NCBI GenBank assembly: GCA_035532715.1
Contig: DATKQO010000305.1
Location: 1-38,878, forward strand
Direction: 5' to 3'
Length of the DNA: 38,878 nucleotides
Origin: Gaiellaceae bacterium
GTDB lineage: Bacteria > Actinomycetota > Thermoleophilia > Gaiellales > Gaiellaceae
The translations under genes and the position numbers were made by a program. This document shows positions 23,473-32,833 of the stretch, one piece after another. How positions within the stretch are numbered: the stretch's first letter is position 1; every line of letters begins with the position of its first letter. The notes under the pieces were generated by a model. It saw only the letters and a list, made by a program, of their open reading frames with translations. It was not told the origin of the DNA and ran no database searches.

Positions 23473-23754
23473 GTGACCAAGCAGGAGTTCGTGGCGGAAG
23501 TGGCCCGGCGCAGTCAGCTGACGGCCCGCGACGCCGGCAAGGCGGTCGATGCTTTCCTGGACACGATCACCGACACGCTCAAAGGCGGCGGCGACGTGGC
23601 GTTCACCGGTTTCGGCAAGTTCTCCGCGCAGCAGCGGGCGGCTCGCACCGGGGTCAACCCCCGCAACCCGACGGAGAAGGTTCACATCCCGGCCGCTCGG
23701 GTTCCGAAGTTCTCCGCCGGTAGCGCCCTCAAGTCGGCAGTCAAGAACGGGTAA
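23473..23754 (+). CDS. hup: HU family nucleoid-associated DNA-binding protein
   Basis: GTG 23473 with AGGAGGAG 7 nt upstream. TKQEFVAEVA ... GFGKFSAQQRAARTGVNPRNPTEKVHIPAARVPKFSAGSALK is canonical HU. Confidence 0.92.
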   Translation: MTKQEFVAEVARRSQLTARDAGKAVDAFLDTITDTLKGGGDVAFTGFGKFSAQQRAARTGVNPRNPTEKVHIPAARVPKFSAGSALKSAVKNG

Positions 23755-23791
23755 GGCAAGAGCACGCGGGCACGTCTCCTCCGAGGATCGT

Positions 23792-23817
23792 CGAGGGGCC
23801 GCGAGAGCGGCCCCTCG
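23792..23817 (+). terminator. intrinsic-terminator-like hairpin downstream of hup (11-bp perfect GC-rich stem, GAGA loop, no U-tract)
   Basis: CGAGGGGCCGC-GAGA-GCGGCCCCTCG read directly, 38 nt after the hup stop. Confidence 0.6.
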
Positions 23818-23844
23818 CGCGCTCCGTCCCGCCGAGGCGGCGGG

Positions 23845-23850
23845 TAGATT
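23845..23850 (+). promoter_or_regulatory. putative -10 box TAGATT, 7 nt upstream of pyrF ATG 23858, leaderless
   Basis: gggTAGATTtcgggggATG read directly. Confidence 0.45.
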
Positions 23851-23857
23851 TCGGGGG

Positions 23858-24775
23858 ATGGTGCAGGATCTCCAGGCCGGGCCCGTCGTGACCGTCACCA
23901 ACTTCGCGGACAGGCTCGCCGAGGCGGTCGAGCGGAAGCGCAGTCAGCTCGTCGTCGGGCTCGACCCGGTCGTCGGCCGGCTTCCCGCCGAGTTTCACGG
24001 CGATCTCGATCCGGCCGCTGCGTACGCGCGTTTCTGCTGCGGGATCGTCGACGCCGTCGAGCCGTTCGCGGTGGCGCTCAAGCCGCAATCCGCCTTCTTC
24101 GAGGCGCTCGGCGCCGAGGGCGTCGCCGCGTTCGACGAGGTCTGCGCCTACGGCCGCGCCGCCGGGCTCATCGTGATCGCCGACGCGAAGCGCGGCGACA
24201 TCGGCTCGACGGCGGAGGCCTATGCGGCGGCGTTCGTGGAGCCGCGCGGCGACGGCACGCCGCGTGCCGACGCGGTGACGGTCAACGCGTATCTCGGTCG
24301 CGACTCCCTCGAGCCGTTCATCGCCGCGTGCCGGCGCGACGGGGCCGGGCTCTTCTGTCTCGTCAAGACGTCGAATCCCGGGAGCGCCGACGTGCAGGAC
24401 GTCGAGCTCGCCGACGGCACGCTCCTGTGGCAGCACGTGGCGGGCCTCGTGCGCGAGTGGGGCGAGGAGCTCGTCGGCGCCAGCGGCCTCTCGGCCGTCG
24501 GCGCCGTCGTCGGGGCGACGTTCCCGCAGGAGGTCGCCGAGGCGCGGCGGCTCCTTCCCCAGACGGTACTGCTCCTTCCCGGTGTCGGTGTCCAGGGCGG
24601 TGCCCCGGCAGACCTCGCGGCAGCGTTCACGAGCGGCCCGGCGAGCGCGCTCGTCTCCGCCTCGCGCTCGGTCATCTACGCATTCGCCGACTCTGCCGGC
24701 GACGACTGGCGCTCCGCTGCGCACGCCGAGGCGAAACGCCTCGCGCGCGAGGTCTGGGCCGTCTCCGGCTGGTAG
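23858..24775 (+). CDS. pyrF: orotidine 5'-phosphate decarboxylase (type 2, long form)
   Basis: ATG 23858 inside ORF 23549..24775. LVVGLDP, KPQSAFFE, IADAKRGDIGSTA and LLPGVGVQGG motifs. Confidence 0.88.
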   Translation: MVQDLQAGPVVTVTNFADRLAEAVERKRSQLVVGLDPVVGRLPAEFHGDLDPAAAYARFCCGIVDAVEPFAVALKPQSAFFEALGAEGVAAFDEVCAYGRAAGLIVIADAKRGDIGSTAEAYAAAFVEPRGDGTPRADAVTVNAYLGRDSLEPFIAACRRDGAGLFCLVKTSNPGSADVQDVELADGTLLWQHVAGLVREWGEELVGASGLSAVGAVVGATFPQEVAEARRLLPQTVLLLPGVGVQGGAPADLAAAFTSGPASALVSASRSVIYAFADSAGDDWRSAAHAEAKRLAREVWAVSGW

Positions 24776-24779
24776 AGCG

Positions 24780-25172
24780 ATGGCGCGCACCCCACGCGCG
24801 CCGCTCGCGCGCTACACCGCTCCGGCCGCGTTCCTGCTCGGGGTCACGGTCGCGGTCGTGCTCATTCACTCGGCGCTCGGCGGAAAGGGCGGAGGCGCGC
24901 AGCAGACGACGACGATCGGGCCCGCGACGCACGCGTCGACGACGCGCGTGCCGCCCCGAGCGACGACGCTGACGTTCACGCAACCGGCGCTCACCACGAG
25001 CACAGCCGGCGGCACGTCCGTCGCGGGTGCGGAGTACACGACGGTGCGAAGCGGTGACACCTTCGGCTCGATCGCGACGCGAAACGGCACCACGGTCACG
25101 GCCCTCGAGACGCTCAACCCGGGTGTGAGCTCGAACAACCTGCAAGTCGGGCAGCAGCTTCGCGTGAAATAA
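24780..25172 (+). CDS. membrane-anchored LysM domain protein
   Basis: ATG 24780, 4 nt after pyrF. One TM, a Thr-rich linker, and the C-terminal LysM YTTVRSGDTFGSIATRNGTTVTALETLNPGVSSNNLQVGQQLRV. Confidence 0.75.
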   Translation: MARTPRAPLARYTAPAAFLLGVTVAVVLIHSALGGKGGGAQQTTTIGPATHASTTRVPPRATTLTFTQPALTTSTAGGTSVAGAEYTTVRSGDTFGSIATRNGTTVTALETLNPGVSSNNLQVGQQLRVK

Positions 25173-25288
25173 GGCCCGCCGGGCCCCCGTCCGCGCTCGC
25201 GGCCCGGTCGGTCTTGCGGCCAGGTGTCGCCGGACGGCTACGGTGGTACACGACCGGGACGAACCACCGCCTCCTGGGGGGTCTTCTC

Positions 25289-26242
25289 ATGATCGTCACC
25301 GTCACACTCAACGCTGCCGTCGACCGCACGCTCACCGTGCCGAACTTCCAGCTCGGCCACCGGCATCGCGCGAGCGCGAGCCTCACCTCGGCCGGCGGCA
25401 AGGGCGTCAACGTCGCCCGTGCGCTCAAGGCGCTCGAGGCGCCCGTGATCGCGACCGGGCTCGCGGGGGGACGGGCGGGCGACCGGATCATCGAAGAGCT
25501 CGCCGCCGAGGCGATCCTCAACGACTTCGTCCGCATCGGCGACGAGTCGCGCACGTCGATGGCGGTGGTCGACCCGACCGCCGGCAGCCTGACCGAGATC
25601 TACGAGTGGGGGCCCGCCGTGCGTCCCGAGGAGCTCGAGACGCTGCTCGACAAGCTGCGCTACCTCTCTCGCGTCGCTTCGTTCGTCGTCTTCTCCGGCT
25701 CGTTGCCGCGCGACGTCGAGGACGACTTCTACGCCGAAGCGATCCGCGACCTGAGCCGGCGTGGCGTGCAATGCGTGCTCGACTGCGAGGGCGAGCCGCT
25801 CCGCATCGGCGTCGAGGCGGAGCCCTTCGTCGTCTCTCCCAACCAGGGCGAGGCGGAGAGCCTCGTCGGGCAGGAGTTCTCCGACGACGAGGACTTCGTG
25901 ATGGCGCTCGACGCGATCGCCGACCTCGGCGCGCGCAACGTGTTGATCACACAGGAGACGTCGTGCTTCGGCCTCTTCCACGAAGAGCGTCAGGTGCGGC
26001 GCTTCCGCGCATCGGTTGCGCGCATCGATCCGGTCGCCTCCGTCGGCGCAGGCGACGTGCTGCTCGCGGGCTTTCTCGCGGCGCGCTTCAACGGAAGATC
26101 GCTGGACGAGGCGCTGCGCATCGCGGTCGGCGCGGGCGCCGCTTCCGTGCTCGAGCTCGGTGCCGGCCGGTTCGATCCTCGCGAGGCGGCACGGCTCGCG
26201 TCGAGCGTCGAGCTCGAAGAGCTCAGCGCCGTCTCGGCGTAG
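25289..26242 (+). CDS. PfkB-family carbohydrate kinase (1-phosphofructokinase / tagatose-6-phosphate kinase type)
   Basis: ATG 25289. MIVTVTLNAAVDRT, GGKGVNVARAL, and the C-terminal VGAGDVLLAGFLA. Confidence 0.85.
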   Translation: MIVTVTLNAAVDRTLTVPNFQLGHRHRASASLTSAGGKGVNVARALKALEAPVIATGLAGGRAGDRIIEELAAEAILNDFVRIGDESRTSMAVVDPTAGSLTEIYEWGPAVRPEELETLLDKLRYLSRVASFVVFSGSLPRDVEDDFYAEAIRDLSRRGVQCVLDCEGEPLRIGVEAEPFVVSPNQGEAESLVGQEFSDDEDFVMALDAIADLGARNVLITQETSCFGLFHEERQVRRFRASVARIDPVASVGAGDVLLAGFLAARFNGRSLDEALRIAVGAGAASVLELGAGRFDPREAARLASSVELEELSAVSA

Positions 26243-26245
26243 CGT

Positions 26246-27397
26246 TCAGCCCGTGCTGCTGAGGGTCAGCGCGCGGATGCGCCCGCGACCGCCGACGTTC
26301 TCCGCCCAGGCGAGCCTCGTGCCCTCGAGTGAGAGCCCGACCGGCGTCGCCGACGCTCGGGTGAGCGTCTTCACGCGGTGGGTGGCCACGTCGGCTGCGC
26401 GAATCGAGCGGCCGACGTGGAACACGATCAACCGGTCGTTCGCCGTGAGCTCGTGGCTCGTCGACGACGGCACCTGGACAGAGCCGCGCAGTGCGCCCGT
26501 GGTCGTGTCGTACCACGCGAGCCGCATGCGGCGCTTCGTCCGTTCGAGGAGCGCGAGCACGTCGGGCGCGAGCGCGAGCGCGAGCGGAGTCCCCTGCGGC
26601 GCGACGCTCGCGAGCACGGTGCCGCTGTCGACGCTTCGGATCTGGACGGGCAGCGCCGCGGATGCCTCCGGCGCGCCGTTTCGTCCGACGGATGCCGTCG
26701 GGATGTAGGCGACCGACGTTCCGGCGACGGCGACGGCAACGGCCGCGGTCGTTCCCGGAACGAGTATCGGCTGCTTGCGCCCGACCACCCGGTAGACGCC
26801 GCCGCCGCGCGCGTTGATCTTCATCGCGCACGTCCCCTGCGAGAGACACGCGAGCTCGTCGACGTAGGTGACCGCGGTCACGGCGTAGACGAGGGACGTG
26901 CCCTCGGGGCTCGAGTCGCCGGCGATGCCGCCGAGCCAGAGGCCGGCCCCGTGTGACGTGTGGGCGACCTCCAGGAAGCGACGCTCGCGCGTCGCCGTCC
27001 GGCTCGCGACGCCGGCGCCGAGCACGTAGTCGAAGGGAAGCGGGGAGAGCTTGTCGCGGAGCGTCCAGAGAACGCTCGTGCCCGCGAGTGCGAGGCGCAC
27101 GGGCGGCACGACCTCCCATTGGCACGTGACGTTGAGCGCCGCGGGAGTCTCGTCCGGCAGCGTTCCCGCCGCACCGGTGACGAGCGAGAAGATCTGGATC
27201 CTGTTGCAGTGCTTGACGCTCGGCGCGAACCACGCGAGCAGGGGGCCGTCCTGGGCGAAGGCGGCGATCGTGCCGCTCGGGCTCGAGTAGAGCGTCTGCG
27301 GCTGCCTCTCCGCGGCGGCGGGCCGGCGGGACGAAGCAGCCCCCTGGGGTTGGAGAAGCGCGGCCACGAGAGCGACCGTGGCGAGCAGCAGGCCCAT
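26246..27397 (-). CDS. secreted/anchored hypothetical protein, beta-rich
   Basis: 383 aa with an N-terminal hydrophobic signal/anchor MGLLLATVALVAALL. Coding-like composition, no recognisable domain. A TACGGT box lies 8 nt upstream of the ATG. Confidence 0.55.
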   Translation of the reverse strand: MGLLLATVALVAALLQPQGAASSRRPAAAERQPQTLYSSPSGTIAAFAQDGPLLAWFAPSVKHCNRIQIFSLVTGAAGTLPDETPAALNVTCQWEVVPPVRLALAGTSVLWTLRDKLSPLPFDYVLGAGVASRTATRERRFLEVAHTSHGAGLWLGGIAGDSSPEGTSLVYAVTAVTYVDELACLSQGTCAMKINARGGGVYRVVGRKQPILVPGTTAAVAVAVAGTSVAYIPTASVGRNGAPEASAALPVQIRSVDSGTVLASVAPQGTPLALALAPDVLALLERTKRRMRLAWYDTTTGALRGSVQVPSSTSHELTANDRLIVFHVGRSIRAADVATHRVKTLTRASATPVGLSLEGTRLAWAENVGGRGRIRALTLSSTG

Positions 27398-27405
27398 CGA
27401 ACGGC

Positions 27406-27411
27406 ACCGTA
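27406..27411 (-). promoter_or_regulatory. putative -10 box TACGGT, 8 nt upstream of ATG 27397 (secreted hypothetical)
   Basis: Plus strand reads ACCGTA. Confidence 0.35.
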
Positions 27412-27438
27412 TCCGCCTCCTGTTAGGAGCATGTATAG

Positions 27439-28998
<1,560 letters not shown>

Positions 28999-29041
28999 GC
29001 CGTCCCGGATCGTCCAGTTCCCCGGCCCTGAGGACCGGCCG

Positions 29042-30562
29042 GTGCTCGTCATCGATCTCGGCGGCCAGTACTCGCAGCTGATCGCGCGCCGCGTGCGCGA
29101 ATGCCGCGTCTACTCCGAGCTCGTCGGGCACACGATCTCGCCCGAGGCTGTGCGGGCGCGCAATCCGTTCGCCCTGATCCTCAGCGGCGGCCCGGCATCG
29201 GTGTACGCGGACGACGCGCCGCACATCGATCCCCGCATCTACGAGCTCGGGATCCCGACGCTCGGCATCTGCTACGGCATGCAGTTGATGGCGCTCGAGC
29301 TCGGCGGGCGCGTCGACCGCACGGGCATCTCGGAGTTCGGCAAGACCGAGCTGCACGCCGAGCAGTCGCGCCTGCTCAAGGACACGCCGAGCGAGCAGAC
29401 GGTCTGGATGTCGCATCGCGACTCGGTCGTCGCTCCGCCCGACGGCGCGCGCGTCGTCGCGGGGTCGCCGTCGACGCCGATCGGCGCCTTCGAGGCGGAG
29501 GAGCGCAAGCTGTACGGCGTGCAGTTCCATCCCGAGGTCGTGCACACGCCGCACGGCGTGCAGGTGCTGAAGAACTTCCTCTACGACATCGCCGACGCGC
29601 CGCCCGCCTGGACGCCGGCGGCGGTGATCGAAGAGCAGGTCGAGCGCGTTCGCGCGCAGGTCGGCTCGGAGCGCATCCTCTGCGCGCTCTCCGGCGGTGT
29701 GGACTCGGCGGTCGCCGCGCTCCTCGTGCACAAGGCGGTCGGGGACCAGCTCACGTGCGTCTTCGTCGACCACGGGATGATGCGCAAGGACGAGGCGGAG
29801 CAGGTCGTCGAGACCTTCGGTGAGCACTACCACGTGCCGCTCGTGCACGTGCAGGCTCAGGATCGCTTCCTCGACCTGCTCGCCGGCGTCGAGGACCCCG
29901 AGCAGAAGCGCAAGATCATCGGCCGCGAGTTCATCCGCGTGTTCGAAGAGGAAGCGCGCAAGCTCGGCGACGTGCGCTGGCTCGTGCAGGGGACGCTGTA
30001 CAGCGACGTGATCGAGTCCGGCGGCACCGACGGCGTCGCCGCGACGATCAAGTCGCACCACAACGTCGGCGGCCTCCCGGACGACATGAAGATGAAGCTC
30101 GTCGAACCGCTGCGCCTGCTCTTCAAGGACGAGGTGCGCCGCGTCGGCGAGGAGCTCGGGATGGCGGAGCGGATGGTGTGGCGGCAGCCGTTCCCCGGGC
30201 CCGGGCTCGCGATCCGCATCATCGGCGACGTCACGCGCGAGCGGCTCGAGATCCTGCGCGATGCCGACGCGATCCTCCAGGAGGAAGTCCGCCGCGCGGG
30301 CCTCTACCGCGAGCTGTGGCAGTCGTTCGCCGTCCTGCCTGCGATCCGCTCGGTCGGCGTGCAGGGCGACGAGCGGACGTACGGGTATCCGATCGTGATC
30401 CGCGCGGTGACGAGCGACGACGCGATGACGGCCGACTGGGCGCGCCTGCCGTACGACCTGATCGAGACGATCTCGGGTCGCATCGTGAACGAGATCCCCG
30501 GCGTCAACCGCGTGGTGCTCGACGTGACGTCGAAGCCGCCGGCGACGATCGAGTGGGAGTAG
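29042..30562 (+). CDS. guaA: glutamine-hydrolysing GMP synthase
   Basis: GATase GICYGMQLM, the ATP-PPase P-loop [10 protein letters not shown], and the C-terminal [12 protein letters not shown] start with GAGGA upstream. Confidence 0.95.
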   Translation: MLVIDLGGQYSQLIARRVRECRVYSELVGHTISPEAVRARNPFALILSGGPASVYADDAPHIDPRIYELGIPTLGICYGMQLMALELGGRVDRTGISEFGKTELHAEQSRLLKDTPSEQTVWMSHRDSVVAPPDGARVVAGSPSTPIGAFEAEERKLYGVQFHPEVVHTPHGVQVLKNFLYDIADAPPAWTPAAVIEEQVERVRAQVGSERILCALSGGVDSAVAALLVHKAVGDQLTCVFVDHGMMRKDEAEQVVETFGEHYHVPLVHVQAQDRFLDLLAGVEDPEQKRKIIGREFIRVFEEEARKLGDVRWLVQGTLYSDVIESGGTDGVAATIKSHHNVGGLPDDMKMKLVEPLRLLFKDEVRRVGEELGMAERMVWRQPFPGPGLAIRIIGDVTRERLEILRDADAILQEEVRRAGLYRELWQSFAVLPAIRSVGVQGDERTYGYPIVIRAVTSDDAMTADWARLPYDLIETISGRIVNEIPGVNRVVLDVTSKPPATIEWE

Positions 30563-30643
30563 ACGACCGCGGCGCCGCGCCGCTCCAGCTCGACCACGTG
30601 GTGATCGCGTACCGGTAGGTAGTTCGACGCAGCGTCGATCCGC

Positions 30644-30664
30644 GGCCGGCCCGATGCGCCGGCC
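30644..30664 (+). terminator. GC-rich hairpin downstream of guaA (7-bp stem GGCCGGC/GCCGGCC, 7-nt loop)
   Basis: Read directly. No U-tract. Confidence 0.35.
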
Positions 30665-30711
30665 GCCGGTCTGGTGCATGTGTCGTGGCATTAGTCACAA
30701 AGGAGGGCCAC

Positions 30712-31170
30712 ATGCGCTTCGCGCTCATCCTGGCAGTGACGGCCGGTGCGGTCGTCGTCGCCGCGCCCGCGGCCGGGGCCGCCGGCGAGCGAACGGCAAC
30801 TGTTTCGCGCGTCGCCGCGACCCAGAACGTCGTCATGACGATTCGCCCGGCGCCGCGTTCGTCGCTCCTGCAGGTGCACTGGTGGGACGTGGCGCAGCGG
30901 CTCGTCCCGGATGAGCGTGTGAGCGGCGGGAACTTCGCGGTGAAGCCCGGCGTCCCGGTTCGGGTCGTCGTCTGGAACTACACGCGGCACCTGCACAGCT
31001 TCGCCTCGGCGGAGCTCCGCGTGAACGCCGCGATTCTCCCGGGCGACGCGGCGCATCCGTCCAAGTCGGTGTTCACGTTCATCGCTCGGAGCTACGGGCG
31101 AATCAGCTGGCACTGCGCCGTACCCTGCGGCGGCTTCATGGGCGGCAACGTCTACGCGATCATCGAATAG
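30712..31170 (+). CDS. secreted cupredoxin-like protein with atypical Cys-rich ligand loop
   Basis: ATG 30712 with AAGGAGGG upstream. Signal peptide MRFALILAVTAGAVVVAAPAAGA. FAVKPGVPVRVVVWNYTRHLHSF ... FTFIARSYGRISWHCAVPCGGFMGGNVYAI follows the cupredoxin beta-sandwich pattern. Confidence 0.55.
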   Translation: MRFALILAVTAGAVVVAAPAAGAAGERTATVSRVAATQNVVMTIRPAPRSSLLQVHWWDVAQRLVPDERVSGGNFAVKPGVPVRVVVWNYTRHLHSFASAELRVNAAILPGDAAHPSKSVFTFIARSYGRISWHCAVPCGGFMGGNVYAIIE

Positions 31171-31210
31171 CGGGGAGCGTGCCCGCGTCGCGCGTGGGCA
31201 CGCGCTCCTC

Positions 31211-31216
31211 TACCGT
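31211..31216 (+). promoter_or_regulatory. putative -10 box TACCGT, 6 nt upstream of UDG-family GTG 31223
   Basis: ctcTACCGTtggcacGTG read directly. Confidence 0.4.
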
Positions 31217-31222
31217 TGGCAC

Positions 31223-31732
31223 GTGGACTTCGTCGAGCGGCTCGCGCATACACGCATCGGTGCGACGTACAACCAGTACTCCCGCTCGGAGCTGCGTTGC
31301 GCGCGGCTGCGCGACTACCTCGATGCTCGCGCCGGCACGGCGCTCGCTCTGGTCGGCGAGGCGGCGGGCTATCGCGGCGCCCGGGTCAGCGGCGTCGCGT
31401 TCACGTCCGAGCGCCAGCTCAGCGGCACGGGTCCCGCCGAGGCGAGCGCGACGATCGTCCATCGCGTGCTCGCCGAGCTCGGAATCGAGGACGACGTCGT
31501 GCTCTGGAACGTCGTGCCGACGCATCCTGGGACGGCGACGTCGAACCGGCGTCCCACGCGAGTCGAGGTCGATGCGGCGCGGCCGTTTCTCGCCGAGCTG
31601 ACGCGCGGGCGCAGCGTCGTCGCGGTCGGCCGGCTCGCCGCGTCCGTGCTCGACGCGCCGTACGTACGCCACCCGGCGCACGGCGGTGCGGCCGCGTTTG
31701 CGGCAGGGCTGCGGCATGCGCTCGGCCGGTGA
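31223..31732 (+). CDS. uracil-DNA glycosylase superfamily protein
   Basis: LALVGEAAGYRGARVSGVAFTSE (motif A-like GEAxG) and VRHPAHGG (motif B-like HP). GTG start with TACCGT 6 nt upstream. Confidence 0.68.
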   Translation: MDFVERLAHTRIGATYNQYSRSELRCARLRDYLDARAGTALALVGEAAGYRGARVSGVAFTSERQLSGTGPAEASATIVHRVLAELGIEDDVVLWNVVPTHPGTATSNRRPTRVEVDAARPFLAELTRGRSVVAVGRLAASVLDAPYVRHPAHGGAAAFAAGLRHALGR

Positions 31733-31855
31733 GCGCGCGGCCCGCTGCAGAGCCGATCAGGCGGAACGGGGTGCTTCTCGCCCACGGACGGCGATCCATC
31801 CGCCGGAAACGCGCCGAACGTACGGCCGGATGTACTGGGTCCCGCCGCTTTTCGC

Positions 31856-31861
31856 TACAAT
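31856..31861 (+). promoter_or_regulatory. putative -10 box TACAAT of the rplM-rpsI operon (leadered, about 33-nt 5' UTR)
   Basis: ttcgcTACAATccc read directly. It is the best TATAAT match in the 168-nt spacer upstream of rplM. Confidence 0.45.
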
Positions 31862-31869
31862 CCCGCCCC

Positions 31870-31888
31870 GGCGGACGCATGGTCCGCC
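31870..31888 (+). promoter_or_regulatory. perfect 7-bp hairpin in the rplM leader (GGCGGAC-gcatg-GTCCGCC), candidate L13 autoregulatory leader element
   Basis: Inverted repeat read directly, 12 nt upstream of ATG 31901. No SD between the hairpin and the ATG. Confidence 0.35.
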
Positions 31889-31900
31889 GATTTCCTGTCT

Positions 31901-32335
31901 ATGAAGACATATTCAGCCAAGCCTGGAGAGATCGCGCGCGACTGGTACGTCGTGGACGCCGAGGGGAAGACCCTGGGGCGGCTGGCGACCCAGATCGCCG
32001 ACACGCTGCGCGGGAAGCGGAAGCCGCAGTACACGCCGCATGTGGACACGGGCGACTTCGTCGTCGTCGTGAACGCCGAGAAGATCCAGGTGACGGGCAA
32101 CAAGCTCGACCAGAAGATCTACTACCGCCACTCCGGCTATCCGGGCGGGCTCAAGAGCCGCACGCTACGCGAGCAGCTCGACCGCCGCCCGACCGAGGTC
32201 ATCCGCACGGCCGTGAAGGGGATGCTCCCCAAGAACCGCCTCGCGCGCCAGCAGCTGACGAAGCTCAAGGTCTACGCCGGGTCCGAGCATCCGCACGGCC
32301 CGCAGAACCCACAACCTTTGAACCTGGAGCAGTGA
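31901..32335 (+). CDS. rplM: 50S ribosomal protein L13
   Basis: [19 protein letters not shown] ... [25 protein letters not shown] ... [10 protein letters not shown]. Confidence 0.97.
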   Translation: MKTYSAKPGEIARDWYVVDAEGKTLGRLATQIADTLRGKRKPQYTPHVDTGDFVVVVNAEKIQVTGNKLDQKIYYRHSGYPGGLKSRTLREQLDRRPTEVIRTAVKGMLPKNRLARQQLTKLKVYAGSEHPHGPQNPQPLNLEQ

Positions 32336-32336
32336 C

Positions 32337-32732
32337 GTGAGTCAGATCGCTCAGTACCGCGGCACCGGCAAGCGCAAGACCTCGGTCGCGCGCGTCATCC
32401 TCCGGCCCGGCGACGGCGCCACGTGGGTGAACGGACGAACGATCGAGGAGTACTTCCCGCGCTCGGTGTGGCAGACCATCGCGACTTCGCCGTTCAAGAC
32501 CGCCGGTGTCGAGGGCCAGTACGACCTGCGCGTGCGCGTGCACGGCGGCGGGCTCACCGGACAGGCCGGCGCTGTGCGCCACGGGATCGCCCGGGCGCTC
32601 GTCGAGGCGAATCCGGAGTTGCGTGTGCCGCTCAAGCGCGAGGGATATCTCACGCGCGACGCACGCCAGGTCGAGCGCAAGAAGGCCGGCCTGCACAAGG
32701 CGCGCAAGGCGCCGCAGTTCTCGAAGCGCTAG
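32337..32732 (+). CDS. rpsI: 30S ribosomal protein S9
   Basis: [12 protein letters not shown] ... [19 protein letters not shown] ... [30 protein letters not shown] start 1 nt after rplM. Confidence 0.97.
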   Translation: MSQIAQYRGTGKRKTSVARVILRPGDGATWVNGRTIEEYFPRSVWQTIATSPFKTAGVEGQYDLRVRVHGGGLTGQAGAVRHGIARALVEANPELRVPLKREGYLTRDARQVERKKAGLHKARKAPQFSKR

Positions 32733-32819
32733 CTCGTTCCAGCCGTCGTACCGACAGGGGGTGCCGCGTGCAGTCGTCGCCGATCCATGACGTCGCGACC
32801 GACACGCGGCGGCGCGCGC

Positions 32820-32825
32820 TAGTGT
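32820..32825 (+). promoter_or_regulatory. putative -10 box TAGTGT, 8 nt upstream of glmM GTG 32834
   Basis: gcTAGTGTcccgctccGTG read directly. Confidence 0.4.
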
Positions 32826-32833
32826 CCCGCTCC

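Noticed and set aside
24776-24779. A c-di-AMP (ydaO-type) riboswitch, which is often found upstream of LysM or cell-wall hydrolase genes.
   Set aside because: The LysM gene starts 4 nt after pyrF, so there is no room for any leader element.
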